This document shows, in pieces, positions 53,261 through 63,462 of a DNA stretch of 64,000 nt. A program made the position numbers and the translations under genes. Each line of letters begins with the position of its first letter. Positions within the stretch are counted from its first letter, which is position 1. Source of the stretch: a virus (taxonomy: Duplodnaviria > Heunggongvirae > Uroviricota > Caudoviricetes); the IMG/VR virus record IMGVR_UViG_3300034082_002445, positions 10,140 to 74,139 of that record. The stretch is one strand, 5' to 3'. The notes under the pieces were generated by a model. That model was not told the origin of the DNA and made no database searches. It saw nothing but the letters and a program-made list of their open reading frames with translations.

Positions 53261-53980
53261 ATGCGTAATATTCTAACATTAGAACAATTTTTATATGAAG
53301 GTGTACACGATCCTAATATTCTCAAAGCTTTTTTTATGGCTGGAGGACCTGGATCTGGTAAATCTCACGTGGCTGGAGAACTTTTTGGCTTTCCGTATGG
53401 AACATCACAATCAGTTAGCTACTCGACTGGATTAAAAATGATTAATTCGGATCAAGCGTTTGAATTCCAACTTAGAAACGCAGGTATAGATCCAAAGGAT
53501 TTGGCTACTATGGATCCTGAAGAATTTCAAAAGCTAACAAGTGGACCTGATTCATTAAGAGGTATTGCAAAAAGATCTACTGTTGCAAGAAAAAATCTAT
53601 ATGAACAAGGCAAATTAGGCATGATCTTAGATGGAACTGGAGATGATTTTAATAAGATTGCTAAGAAGAAGAAAAAACTTAATGATTTAGGATATGACAC
53701 TTACATGATTTTTGTTAACACATCATTGGAAGTTGCACAATTTAGAAATTCAAATAGATCAAGATCTTTACCAGAAACAATGGTAGAAGAAATTTGGCAA
53801 GCAGTCCAAAATAACTTAGGACATTTTCAAAGAGAATTCGGCAGCAATAATATTATCATTGTCGACAATTCAGAAAATGCAAATGATATATTCGTCTCAA
53901 TTGAAAAAGAAATTAAAAAAATACTAACTCGTCCATTGAAAAACCCAATCGGTAAGAAATGGATAGCAGACAATAGATAA
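53261..53980 (+). CDS. P-loop NTPase / kinase (zeta-toxin / AAA_33-like) with a CTS-like N-terminus
   Basis: MRNILTLEQFLYEG...FFMAGGPGSGKSH (Walker A), MILDGTGDD (Walker B-like). Confidence 0.55.
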   Translation: MRNILTLEQFLYEGVHDPNILKAFFMAGGPGSGKSHVAGELFGFPYGTSQSVSYSTGLKMINSDQAFEFQLRNAGIDPKDLATMDPEEFQKLTSGPDSLRGIAKRSTVARKNLYEQGKLGMILDGTGDDFNKIAKKKKKLNDLGYDTYMIFVNTSLEVAQFRNSNRSRSLPETMVEEIWQAVQNNLGHFQREFGSNNIIIVDNSENANDIFVSIEKEIKKILTRPLKNPIGKKWIADNR

Positions 53981-53981
53981 C

Positions 53982-54377
53982 ATGTCAGAAGAAGCAAAAA
54001 ACCCAAGAGAACTAGTTGACGAAATGATTAGAGCATTTGAGTCATTAAAAACCAAAATTAATGATCCAAATTATAATCAATTAGAGAATTCTATAGCACT
54101 GCTTATAGAAAGTCAAAAGCAAATGAAGGACGATATTTCGGACCTGAAGAAACAGCTATTGAATCCTTATGATGGTGTTGTTGTTGAAACCAGAAAGAAC
54201 TCAGAAATTAGAAAAGAATGGGATGCGTGGCATGATGAGAAACAACTTTTACTTCAAGAACATAAAGAACTTATGTCATGGAAAGCTAACGTCATGAAAT
54301 TATTTTGGATGCTAATAACTGGTATCGGCGGTATTATTGGTTACATGCTTACAAATTGGATAACACATATTAAATAA
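53982..54377 (+). CDS. hypothetical protein, coiled coil plus C-terminal transmembrane helix
   Basis: ORF track. Confidence 0.45.
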   Translation: MSEEAKNPRELVDEMIRAFESLKTKINDPNYNQLENSIALLIESQKQMKDDISDLKKQLLNPYDGVVVETRKNSEIRKEWDAWHDEKQLLLQEHKELMSWKANVMKLFWMLITGIGGIIGYMLTNWITHIK

Positions 54378-54378
54378 T

Positions 54379-54933
54379 ATGACTACAGATAAATTAACAC
54401 TTACATTAATCAATGATTGTTTGTATAGAATCGAACAAAATGTTGGTCATATTACTGAAATAAAGGTTTCAGTTGAAAGGGATGGAGTTAGAAGAAATTT
54501 TAACTTTGCAGATCTTAAAGAACTTAAAGCCAGAATAGATCTGACAAAACCCAACATTAGAATTGATAGTGCATGTAATTGTTATTTGGTTGATGAAGAA
54601 TTTTATCAATTGGTTAATTTTATAGTTGATGCAAGAGATCCTTATAATGGTGGTAAAACTAATAGAATCTTTATTGATACTGCAATTGACTTTTCTAGTG
54701 GAAAAGCATTGGCATTTAATGCCTCACATATTAAAGATCTAAACGATCTTAGAACACAATTAAATAAGATTTATTCATGGTATAAAACTGCAACTTGTTT
54801 GGCTTACGTTGAAGATATTGAAAATTATATTCAAGATCCATGTTATGTAGAAGCAGCAAAAAATCTTAGTTACAAAAATTTAACAAAAGAATATAAAAAA
54901 TACGTATTAAAAAATGACAACACCATCAGATAA
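54379..54933 (+). CDS. hypothetical protein
   Basis: ORF track. Confidence 0.45.
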   Translation: MTTDKLTLTLINDCLYRIEQNVGHITEIKVSVERDGVRRNFNFADLKELKARIDLTKPNIRIDSACNCYLVDEEFYQLVNFIVDARDPYNGGKTNRIFIDTAIDFSSGKALAFNASHIKDLNDLRTQLNKIYSWYKTATCLAYVEDIENYIQDPCYVEAAKNLSYKNLTKEYKKYVLKNDNTIR

Positions 54934-57772
54934 AGGCAGAAGTGATATTCGTCCAGGACAACATCCATTTTCTTCAACTGGAAGAGTAGAAGGGGGCGAT
55001 GAAACTTATGGAGTATATGGCACAAAAGGCTATTACAAATCATTTCAACCTCAATTTAAAGGAAGACCGCTTAGACACACTGAGATGGACTTTAACATTG
55101 ACTTAATTGGTCAAGTAATTAAAGGTTATAGAATCGTTGGTAGTTCAGAAGAAGTACCAGACGAAATTGATTTATCAACTGATCTTGATAAAGTTCTGAT
55201 GTTTGCTGAAAGAGACATGATAGATGTTGAAGGCAATACAGTTTATGAAGAAGATGGAACTACACCTAAAGTGGAATATGTTTGGGAATTATCTAGTTTA
55301 GGTGCTATTTCAGGTACTAAAGGAGATAAAGGTGCAACTGGAACTGGTGGTGCTCAAGGTAGTGCTGGAACTAATGGTGCTCAAGGTGCCAAGGGTGCTC
55401 AAGGATCAACTGGTTTAACTGGTGTTAAAGGTGAAGTTGGTGCTCAAGGATTACAAGGAGGTGCAGGTGCTGCAGCTCAAGCGGCTTTAGTTTATGCATT
55501 CACACACGATACTTTTTCTCCAGCTGCGGTACCAAGTTTACCAGGTTCTGCTGCATTTTATGAACAAAATGGATCATTAGTACTTTCATTTAATGATAAT
55601 GCTGGAGTTGATAATGAAAATAAGTTTTTAGGTCTATTAGCAACAGGTAGTTTTGATATTACGACAGTTTCTCAAACTGGAGGTGCAGGAGTTTATAATC
55701 AATACAGCTTTTCTGAAGTTTATGTAGATTTCTCTGCTTTTTCAGAAAGTAGTTGTGTTGTTGTTTACGCATCAAATATTAATACAGTTGGTGTTGGTAA
55801 TCCTGATGTAAATGCAACAGGTAACATTACTTTTAATGGAAATTTACCAACAGATTTACCTATATTTTCAAATGTTTTTATAGACAAATGGAATGTAGGA
55901 GGTGGTGCTGGTGATGGTGCTCAAGGTGCAACTGGTCCAAGCGGAGCAGATGGTGCTCAAGGTGGTGCTGGAACAAATGGTGCTCAAGGTTCTGCTGGAA
56001 CTAATGGTGCTCAAGGTAGTGCTGGAACAGATGGTGCTCAAGGTGCTGCAGGTACAGACGGTGCTAAAGGTGCTGATGGTATAACAGGTGCTCAGGGTGC
56101 AATTGGAACAGGAACTCCAGGAGCAGATGGTGCTCAAGGTATAAAAGGTACTGCTGGAACAGATGGTGCTAAAGGTGCTACAGGAACAGATGGTGCTCAA
56201 GGTGCTGATGGAGCAGATGGAGCTCAAGGTGCAAAAGGCGACTCAGGTGCTCAAGGTGACAAAGGTGACTTAGGTACAACAGGAGCTCAAGGTGCAAAAG
56301 GCGATATTGGAACAGATGGTGCTCAAGGTTCAACTGGAACTGGAATTCCAGGATTAGAAGGCGCTCAAGGTAGTGCTGGATCTGATGGTGCCAAAGGTGA
56401 TGCTGGTACAAACGGTGCTCAAGGTGCTGATGGAACTCTAGGATTTGACGGTGCAAAAGGCGACACGGGTGCTCAAGGTGCCAAAGGTGACTTAGGTACA
56501 ACAGGAGCTCAAGGTGCAAAAGGTGATATTGGAATAGATGGTGCTCAAGGTGCAAAAGGTTCTTCAGGAATTGATGGTGCTCAAGGTGCAACTGGAACAG
56601 GAACTCCTGGAACAGATGGTGCTCAAGGCGCAAAAGGTGACTTAGGTACTACGGGAGCTCAAGGTGCTAAAGGTGATATTGGAACAAATGGTGCTCAAGG
56701 TGCAAAAGGCGATATTGGAATAGATGGTGCTCAAGGTGCAAAAGGTGACTTAGGTAATACAGGTGCTCAAGGAGCTAAAGGTGATTTAGGTGCAACAGGT
56801 GCTCAAGGAGCTAAAGGTGATTTAGGTGCAACAGGAGCTCAAGGAGCAAAAGGTGACTTAGGTGCAACAGGTGCTCAAGGTGCAAAAGGTGATATTGGAA
56901 TAGATGGTGCTCAAGGTGCAACTGGAACTGGAATTCCAGGATCAGATGGTGCTCAAGGCGCCAAGGGTGAATCTGGAACAGATGGTGCTCAAGGTGATAA
57001 AGGTGAAGTTGGAATCGGAACCCCTGGAACAGATGGTGCTCAAGGTGCTAAAGGTGAAGTTGGAATTGGAACTCCCGGATCAGACGGTGCTCAAGGTGCA
57101 AAAGGTGACGCTGGAACAAATGGTGCTCAAGGTGCAAAAGGCGATGATGGAATAGATGGTGCTCAAGGTGCAACTGGAGCTGGAACTGCAGGTTTATCTG
57201 GAGTTGATGGATCACAAGGTGCATCAGGAACAGATGGTGCTCAAGGTGCATCAGGAACACCAGGAACAGCAGGAGCTCAAGGTAGTAGTGGAACACCAGG
57301 AACTCCTGGAACTGATGGTGCTCAAGGTGATGCAGGTACAGCAGGTGCTCAAGGTGCTGCGGGTATAGATGGCGGTGGTGGTGGATCACCAGACGTTGGA
57401 ATAAATGTAGTTCCTGCTTCTAAATCTCTAACAACATGGTATCCTGCTAATAATTGGCATGATGCTTATGTAACTATTCCACACAGTATGGATGGTATGC
57501 GATTGGTAAGTATATTTGCCTCATACGGTGATTCTTGGCCAGAAGGTTCAGCAGATCAAGAATGGACCTTAGAATTAAGAGATCTAACAAATACTTGGGT
57601 ACATCGTGAAATATGGCAACACACAGACGGTAATAGATACCATGCGCACACTACTCTTGTAAATACGTCGTATGACTTAACAACAGGTTACACGCTTCAT
57701 GTTATACATAAAAACGGTGGTGGATTTACTCCAGCAGCACAAGGTTACTCAGTAACAGCAACATTTCAATAA
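54914..57772 (+). CDS. Collagen-like triple-helix repeat protein (tail-fibre-like) with a globular C-terminal domain
   Basis: About 480 residues of uninterrupted G-X-Y (GAQGAKGDLGTTGAQGAKGDIG...), N-terminal anchor domain, C-terminal roughly 130-aa non-collagen domain. Confidence 0.85.
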   Translation: MTTPSDKGRSDIRPGQHPFSSTGRVEGGDETYGVYGTKGYYKSFQPQFKGRPLRHTEMDFNIDLIGQVIKGYRIVGSSEEVPDEIDLSTDLDKVLMFAERDMIDVEGNTVYEEDGTTPKVEYVWELSSLGAISGTKGDKGATGTGGAQGSAGTNGAQGAKGAQGSTGLTGVKGEVGAQGLQGGAGAAAQAALVYAFTHDTFSPAAVPSLPGSAAFYEQNGSLVLSFNDNAGVDNENKFLGLLATGSFDITTVSQTGGAGVYNQYSFSEVYVDFSAFSESSCVVVYASNINTVGVGNPDVNATGNITFNGNLPTDLPIFSNVFIDKWNVGGGAGDGAQGATGPSGADGAQGGAGTNGAQGSAGTNGAQGSAGTDGAQGAAGTDGAKGADGITGAQGAIGTGTPGADGAQGIKGTAGTDGAKGATGTDGAQGADGADGAQGAKGDSGAQGDKGDLGTTGAQGAKGDIGTDGAQGSTGTGIPGLEGAQGSAGSDGAKGDAGTNGAQGADGTLGFDGAKGDTGAQGAKGDLGTTGAQGAKGDIGIDGAQGAKGSSGIDGAQGATGTGTPGTDGAQGAKGDLGTTGAQGAKGDIGTNGAQGAKGDIGIDGAQGAKGDLGNTGAQGAKGDLGATGAQGAKGDLGATGAQGAKGDLGATGAQGAKGDIGIDGAQGATGTGIPGSDGAQGAKGESGTDGAQGDKGEVGIGTPGTDGAQGAKGEVGIGTPGSDGAQGAKGDAGTNGAQGAKGDDGIDGAQGATGAGTAGLSGVDGSQGASGTDGAQGASGTPGTAGAQGSSGTPGTPGTDGAQGDAGTAGAQGAAGIDGGGGGSPDVGINVVPASKSLTTWYPANNWHDAYVTIPHSMDGMRLVSIFASYGDSWPEGSADQEWTLELRDLTNTWVHREIWQHTDGNRYHAHTTLVNTSYDLTTGYTLHVIHKNGGGFTPAAQGYSVTATFQ
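55300..57380 (+). repeat. Tandem degenerate repeats (9-nt GGTGCTCAAGGTGCAAAAGGYGAY... units) encoding collagen Gly-X-Y
   Basis: Highly periodic sequence; creates artefactual ORFs on both strands. Confidence 0.85.
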
Positions 57773-57785
57773 TAATATTTAATAT

Positions 57786-58730
57786 ATGATAACAGTATTT
57801 TCAAGAGGTTCTGCTGCCGCTACTAGTGGAAACAGTCTAAGATTTGAACCGGGTAATCCTCTTCCATATCCTGCTGCTCCAAGCTCCTCGTTTTTAGATT
57901 CAGGTCAACAAGCAGCCTTAAGAATAAAAGATCTATGTGATGTTGGTGGTGACGGTTTAACTTTCTCAACCTGGGTAAAACCAAATTGGGATAATCAAAC
58001 ACAAGGAGCACCTGCTTACTTTATGGGATTAAATGCACCCGCTCAATCTCCATCTAATCAAAATTATATAGCTAGATTTGGTTATGATTCAGAAACAACA
58101 CAAGATAGTATATTTTTATATCTTTACTTTTATGTTGATGGTAATCCTTTTACAATATGGGTTAATGCTCCTCTTGGCGATGCAACTAATGAAATGATTA
58201 CAGGTCTATATCCTAATATGTTAAGTCAAAGCGGTACTACAAATAGATGGAATAGTGTTAGTTCTTTTGGATTTGTTCATATTGCGGTTGTATTAGATAT
58301 GTTGGAACCTGCTCCAGTATCTGAAACAGTTATTAGTCCTAGAGCTAAAATTTTTTGGAATGGACAAGTTTTAAATACTTATGAAAAGTGGGGAGGAAAC
58401 TCACAAACGTTAGATCCATCATCTTTAAATTTGCGAAGATTTATAGATGTTAATCCTATATTAACCATAGGTCCTGACATTCATCATAGAGACCATTGGC
58501 AAGATCGCCCTATTTATAATCCAGATAGAGTTACTGCTTTGAATGTTTACAATCATTATTATGCAAGTCTAGCTCCAGCTGACCCACCACAAACGGCCTA
58601 TTTTCATTGGAATTTTGAAAACGGAACAGCACCATATACTTCTAATGGCGTAGGAAACACAATTACGATGACTGGACAAGCAGTTTCGCCAGGTGTTCTT
58701 CCGATTCGTGATAGTAATTATTTTGTATAA
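57786..58730 (+). CDS. hypothetical structural protein (possible tail-fibre-associated / ConA-like)
   Basis: ORF track; immediately downstream of the collagen-like gene. Confidence 0.45.
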   Translation: MITVFSRGSAAATSGNSLRFEPGNPLPYPAAPSSSFLDSGQQAALRIKDLCDVGGDGLTFSTWVKPNWDNQTQGAPAYFMGLNAPAQSPSNQNYIARFGYDSETTQDSIFLYLYFYVDGNPFTIWVNAPLGDATNEMITGLYPNMLSQSGTTNRWNSVSSFGFVHIAVVLDMLEPAPVSETVISPRAKIFWNGQVLNTYEKWGGNSQTLDPSSLNLRRFIDVNPILTIGPDIHHRDHWQDRPIYNPDRVTALNVYNHYYASLAPADPPQTAYFHWNFENGTAPYTSNGVGNTITMTGQAVSPGVLPIRDSNYFV

Positions 58731-58923
58731 TTAAGCTAATTAATAACACATTCAGGATCACACCAAGTGATCACCCTCACATTTAAATGCCTTTAGCGTA
58801 TGTAATAATACCTAAAGGCATTTTTTATGTCCAGTGTATCCATTTTAAAAGCTCTTAAATTAAACAAAATGATCGTATCACATAAAAGATATGGATAAAT
58901 AAAACAAAAAATACTGTTTTCTA

Positions 58924-60297
58924 ATGAAACACATTAAACTATACGAAGATTTCGTAAATGAAGCCACAACATCATGGAAGAAAATGATGCAAGGTGTTAG
59001 ATCAAGTGAAACCGGCCCTTGGTCAATCGTAGCAATTCAAGACCGTAAGGTTGTTGGACAATCAATCGATATTAAAATTCAAGACCTAATTCCTGCAAAA
59101 TACGAAGCTCTAAAAAAAGAGTTTCCTAAAGCCAAACTTCATATTGAAGATGGAACTGGTATGGTGGTTTGGAATGAATCATTAGAAATTAACGAATCTC
59201 TTATTAATGAAGATTCATCTATGGCATTTTTTATATTAATGCAAGCTGCAATAGTTAATGGACTTTTAATAGGTCAAATGGCTAATAGTGGTGGTGGAGA
59301 TGGATTTCATCCTATTGATGATTTAAAAGCATGGTGGCAGAAAAGAAAATCTGACAAGGCTCTAAAGTCTATTATTGATAAAATAAAAGATGATGAAGAT
59401 GTTGTTAAATTTATGAAGCTTACGCCTTCTCAGCAACGTGGTAAGTTTAGATCATTAATTGCAACCAAATTAAATGACGAGGAATTAGAATACCTAAATA
59501 GAATTAATAGAAATCATTTTCAAACAGAATCATTAGACCTTAATGAAGGTGGTGGTACTTTAAAGGTTGAAAAAGAAAAAGATGGTAAATATTACTGGAC
59601 TTTTACATTTAATTCTGGTAAAGTCGAAAAATGGCCAAATGGATTTGCTACATCTGCTGAAGCACAAAAAGATTTCATGTACAGATCAAAGCATTTAAAA
59701 GAAGGTACTTTTAATTCTAAAAGAGAAATTGCCATCTATGATGGAGCAGAAGGATTAACTCACATCGAGAAACGTGGAAAAGGTTACTATGGTTACAATG
59801 ACGAATTTGATTTTGTAGCCGATGATAAAGCTGATCTAGAAAAGAAACTAAAATCATGGAAATACAAACTGATTTCAGGTTCTATTGATGAAAATGCTAC
59901 AGAACTTGATGAAGCAGTTAAAATTCAACCAGGCATGGGAGCATTTTACAGTTACACAACAGATCACAAACTAATCGAAAAGATTTTCAAAGAAGCATTC
60001 AAAGGTCAAGAAGACAAGTTGTATCGTGCAAACTTCTTTAACACAGGTGCACCTTGCATTAAATTTGAATTAAAGAATCAAAGCAGTTGGCAATTGGTTT
60101 ATTATCCAGGTCAAACTTATTTAGAAGATCATGGTTTAGGTAGTATTTCATTATACCCTTATGGTCCACAAGACTCACGTTACTTGGTTTTTAAAGTTGG
60201 CGTAAAAGGCAACAGAAGATTCGGTGACACTAAAATGACACCAGCTGAAATCAAAGAAGCTGCAACAGAATTTAAAAATTGGGTAAATAAACAATAA
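58924..60297 (+). CDS. CTS-family protein, 457 aa (MKHIKLYEDFVNEA)
   Basis: Conserved N-terminus. Confidence 0.55.
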   Translation: MKHIKLYEDFVNEATTSWKKMMQGVRSSETGPWSIVAIQDRKVVGQSIDIKIQDLIPAKYEALKKEFPKAKLHIEDGTGMVVWNESLEINESLINEDSSMAFFILMQAAIVNGLLIGQMANSGGGDGFHPIDDLKAWWQKRKSDKALKSIIDKIKDDEDVVKFMKLTPSQQRGKFRSLIATKLNDEELEYLNRINRNHFQTESLDLNEGGGTLKVEKEKDGKYYWTFTFNSGKVEKWPNGFATSAEAQKDFMYRSKHLKEGTFNSKREIAIYDGAEGLTHIEKRGKGYYGYNDEFDFVADDKADLEKKLKSWKYKLISGSIDENATELDEAVKIQPGMGAFYSYTTDHKLIEKIFKEAFKGQEDKLYRANFFNTGAPCIKFELKNQSSWQLVYYPGQTYLEDHGLGSISLYPYGPQDSRYLVFKVGVKGNRRFGDTKMTPAEIKEAATEFKNWVNKQ

Positions 60298-60308
60298 TAA
60301 ATAAGATT

Positions 60309-61253
60309 ATGAAACACATTAAATTATACGAAGAATTCTTAAATGAAGCTAAAGGCAAACCTACAAAAGATTCGTCGATTAAAGATCATTATGGCAAAAC
60401 CATAAAACAAGTTCTTGAAGACGAGGATGGAGAAAATGAATATCTAACTATTCAATTCACTGACAATACAGAAATGTACATCACAGCATATCCTACTGGA
60501 AACGGAGGAGTTGGTTTAGTAGTAGAATCAGTAAATGAAGCTATCGATACTAAATATTGGGCAACTTACAACAAAGACACATCAGGTCAAGGTAATAAAG
60601 ATTTCGCTGACAAAAGCAAAAACTTTGATGACTGTTTTGATTATGCAGTAGAAGCTTGGAACAATGAAGCAGATGGTCCAGAAAACAAGATTAAAGGCGC
60701 TGCTATCGGTAAAATTCAAAAAATGGCTAAAGAATTCTTCAAGAAAGAAGGATGGATTTCAGTTAACGTAATACAAGCAATGATTATGCAAGACGGTGCA
60801 ATGACCGAGTCAACTAACATTAATGAATCATCGATCCAATATTTTAAGCCAACTGTTTTAGACAAGAAAAATGCAGTAGATGCTAAACTTTTCAAAAAAT
60901 TAATGCCAAGAACATCAGGTACAACTGAAGAGGCAATGGAAAGAATCTGGCATTTTGAAGATTCAACTATGTTTGCACATTATCAGTACCATGTAGTAAA
61001 GCCAAATGGCAATAAGCCTGATAGACCAACTTACAGATTACACCAATCACAATATTGGTTATCGAGCGCATACGACAATCAAATCAAAAATCTAGGTTTA
61101 GATCCAAAAGAAGGCGTTAACACAACACTAGTTACTATTTTTGATATTACAGATCCCGCAAACGAAGTTAACTTAGGTAAAGTTTGGGTAGACACTAGAC
61201 AATTCTTAGACGAGATGAACAGAGTCTTTGAAATAATTAAAAGAGCATCATAA
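60309..61253 (+). CDS. CTS-family protein, 314 aa (MKHIKLYEEFLNEA)
   Basis: Conserved N-terminus. Confidence 0.55.
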   Translation: MKHIKLYEEFLNEAKGKPTKDSSIKDHYGKTIKQVLEDEDGENEYLTIQFTDNTEMYITAYPTGNGGVGLVVESVNEAIDTKYWATYNKDTSGQGNKDFADKSKNFDDCFDYAVEAWNNEADGPENKIKGAAIGKIQKMAKEFFKKEGWISVNVIQAMIMQDGAMTESTNINESSIQYFKPTVLDKKNAVDAKLFKKLMPRTSGTTEEAMERIWHFEDSTMFAHYQYHVVKPNGNKPDRPTYRLHQSQYWLSSAYDNQIKNLGLDPKEGVNTTLVTIFDITDPANEVNLGKVWVDTRQFLDEMNRVFEIIKRAS

Positions 61254-61267
61254 AAAAATAAAATACA

Positions 61268-61750
61268 ATGAAACACATCAAACTATACGAAGAATTCGTA
61301 AATGAGTCTAAAACGATTCAACAAAAACACTATGACAGCTTAGTTAAATCAGCAACTAAGGCTCTTAAAAGCTGGGAGCAAGAATTAAAATCAGCACCAA
61401 CAGACAAGAAAGATTACATTGAAGATCGTATTGATACCATTGCTAGAATCTTGGCTAATGACACAAATCTACAAGCACATGCTGATGCAGCTGCTGCTAC
61501 AGAATTAGGCTATGACGATCCTAAAGTAATTCAAATGGATTTAGATGCTGCTGAAGAATTTTTAGCAGACAGAGAAGAAGTAGCAAAAGCTATTCAAGAC
61601 AAAATCAAAAAAGGCGAGTACCAAAGTGTGACTGTGGCTAGTAATTTGGTTGGTTCAGAATCAGATCTAAAATCAAATCTAAAAGAGATTGAGGCAACGA
61701 TCAAAAGCTTAAAAACCAGAATCGCTGACTTGACAAAAAAACTAGGTTAA
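61268..61750 (+). CDS. CTS-family protein, 160 aa (MKHIKLYEEFVNES)
   Basis: Conserved N-terminus. Confidence 0.55.
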   Translation: MKHIKLYEEFVNESKTIQQKHYDSLVKSATKALKSWEQELKSAPTDKKDYIEDRIDTIARILANDTNLQAHADAAAATELGYDDPKVIQMDLDAAEEFLADREEVAKAIQDKIKKGEYQSVTVASNLVGSESDLKSNLKEIEATIKSLKTRIADLTKKLG

Positions 61751-61752
61751 TC

Positions 61753-62136
61753 ATGAAACACATTAAACTATATGAAGAATTCGTAACAGAAGCCACTAAA
61801 TTAAAATCTCTGTATGACAACATCTATAGCACATCTATGGATCAAAACGAAGTTTCCAGTTATGTTGTTTATCTTGATGGTAAAAAACCAATATCAATCG
61901 GTTCATATAAAGATATAACACCTTATTCTGCTCAGGTTACTGGTGATAATGAATTTAAAGTTAGTTTTAGTGATGGTAAGAACAGAACGCAAGTTATTTT
62001 TACAACTAATGTAGATGCAAGAAAAGAGGACAGAGACTCTTATAACAAATACGGTGGACTGATCTATATTTTTGAACCAATAACAGATAAGCTAGCTTCT
62101 GAAATTATGAAGAAAGTGCCTGATTTAAATAAATAA
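61753..62136 (+). CDS. CTS-family protein, 127 aa (MKHIKLYEEFVTEA)
   Basis: Conserved N-terminus. Confidence 0.55.
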   Translation: MKHIKLYEEFVTEATKLKSLYDNIYSTSMDQNEVSSYVVYLDGKKPISIGSYKDITPYSAQVTGDNEFKVSFSDGKNRTQVIFTTNVDARKEDRDSYNKYGGLIYIFEPITDKLASEIMKKVPDLNK

Positions 62137-62141
62137 AACTA

Positions 62142-62534
62142 ATGAAGCATATTCAATTATACGAAGAATTCCTAAGAGAGAATCAGCTAGATAAAGAAAT
62201 GATCTTTAAGCAGAAACAAACGATGGATACTTATTTGGATATGAGAGATTTCTTTAGATCCAAATTGGATGACGAGTTTGATAATCCTAAAAAGCAAGCT
62301 AAACTCTTTGACAAGGCCAAGACTCAAACAGTTAATGTCAATGCCATTATCCCGAACCAAGATTATTTAAGAATGGATCAGGTACTTAGAAATCAAACCA
62401 AGACCTTAACTAAAAAACCATTAGGTGTTAAATTTCCGGATGGTAGAATCATCTTATTTGACGGTCATCACAGAATAGCAGGAGAGATCTTAAAAGGCAC
62501 CCAAGAGGTCGAGATGAAAATCTTAAACGCATAA
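62142..62534 (+). CDS. CTS-family protein with a ParB/Srx-like nuclease domain
   Basis: MKHIQLYEEFLREN N-terminus; C-terminal ILFDGHHRIAGEI (ParB N-terminal DGHHR-type motif). Confidence 0.55.
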   Translation: MKHIQLYEEFLRENQLDKEMIFKQKQTMDTYLDMRDFFRSKLDDEFDNPKKQAKLFDKAKTQTVNVNAIIPNQDYLRMDQVLRNQTKTLTKKPLGVKFPDGRIILFDGHHRIAGEILKGTQEVEMKILNA

Positions 62535-62550
62535 ATCCAAACTCTACTAC

Positions 62551-62583
62551 AAAAGCCGATCCCTAACCAGATCGGCTTTTTTT
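62551..62583 (+). terminator. rho-independent terminator
   Basis: aaaagccgatccctaaccagatcggc followed by T7. Confidence 0.65.
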
Positions 62584-62614
62584 GCGCACTAACCCAAACT
62601 GAATAAATAAGTAT

Positions 62615-63274
62615 ATGATAACATTTATAATACCAACTTTGTGGAAATCAAACAAGATCCACGAGACTATTGAGTTTTTTAAATCTTCAGATAGAAGAGA
62701 CATAGAGCTAATTGTCATAGACAATAGCAATTCAGAATTCTTTGACCATGATCCAAGAATAAATGTTATTAAATTCAAAGAAAATATCTTTGTAAATCCA
62801 GCCTGGAACATAGGAGTTTCTTTAGCTAAAAATCCATTTATTTGCCTATTAAATGATGATATTAGTTTAAACGTACCGTGTCTTTTAAATCAATTTGAAG
62901 AGCTAATAGCCACAGATCCGGATTTTGGTATGATAGGACTTTACAAACACAATTTTATAATCGACAGTAATAATTTAGCGACTGATAAATTAGAAATGAT
63001 TGAATTAGAGACCAGACCATTTGGCTTTGGTTGCATGATGATATTAAAAAAGGCCAACTATCTGGAAATACCATCAGATCTAAAAATCTTTTACGGTGAT
63101 GACTTGTTATGGGCTTATAATAAAACTGTTATGAAAAGAAAAGGCTATTGGTTAAAGGGACTTAAAACCCCGGGCCAGATTTCAGCTACTAGTTCAGGTT
63201 TTAATATTGCCGGCAAACAAGAAAGCCCGATTTATCATGCACACTTAGCTAAACTTCTCGCGCGCAACCAGTAA
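62615..63274 (+). CDS. Family-2 glycosyltransferase-like protein
   Basis: ITFIIPTLW...IELIVIDNSNSE...CLLNDDISL (GT2 IIPT / IVIDN / DD signatures). Confidence 0.6.
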   Translation: MITFIIPTLWKSNKIHETIEFFKSSDRRDIELIVIDNSNSEFFDHDPRINVIKFKENIFVNPAWNIGVSLAKNPFICLLNDDISLNVPCLLNQFEELIATDPDFGMIGLYKHNFIIDSNNLATDKLEMIELETRPFGFGCMMILKKANYLEIPSDLKIFYGDDLLWAYNKTVMKRKGYWLKGLKTPGQISATSSGFNIAGKQESPIYHAHLAKLLARNQ

Positions 63275-63279
63275 ATCTC

Positions 63280-63462
63280 ATGACAATTATCGACCCAACC
63301 GAATGGACCAATTTCATAGACAAGGGAATAGTAACAGATACTAGAGTACAACTTATAGCTAATAAGATTAAAGCAAACAAACCCTTAACCAAGCAAGAAG
63401 TATCCATGTATCAAGAAGCAAGCCAAAGGATAGAATCCCAACTCAAATCCCCCAACCAATAA
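63280..63462 (+). CDS. hypothetical protein (60 aa)
   Basis: ORF track. Confidence 0.35.
   Translation: MTIIDPTEWTNFIDKGIVTDTRVQLIANKIKANKPLTKQEVSMYQEASQRIESQLKSPNQ

Noticed and set aside
55300-57380. Possible CRISPR array, because of short regular repeats
   Set aside because: The repeats are contiguous 9-nt coding repeats with no spacers, lie within a long ORF and encode Gly-X-Y, so this is not a CRISPR array.
55868-57389. Multiple 60-150 aa ORFs on both strands inside the collagen-like gene (55868-56227, 55902-56084, 56178-56633, 56904-57155, 57048-57389, 57156-57368)
   Set aside because: They are produced by the periodic GGT-GCT-CAA repeat. The translations are low-complexity (LEHHLFQ..., MVLKVQL...), and the collagen frame is the only one continuous across the region.
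62563-62811. Minus-strand 82-aa ORF overlapping the start of the GT2 gene and the terminator
   Set aside because: It overlaps a motif-supported + strand CDS and a terminator. There is no independent support.
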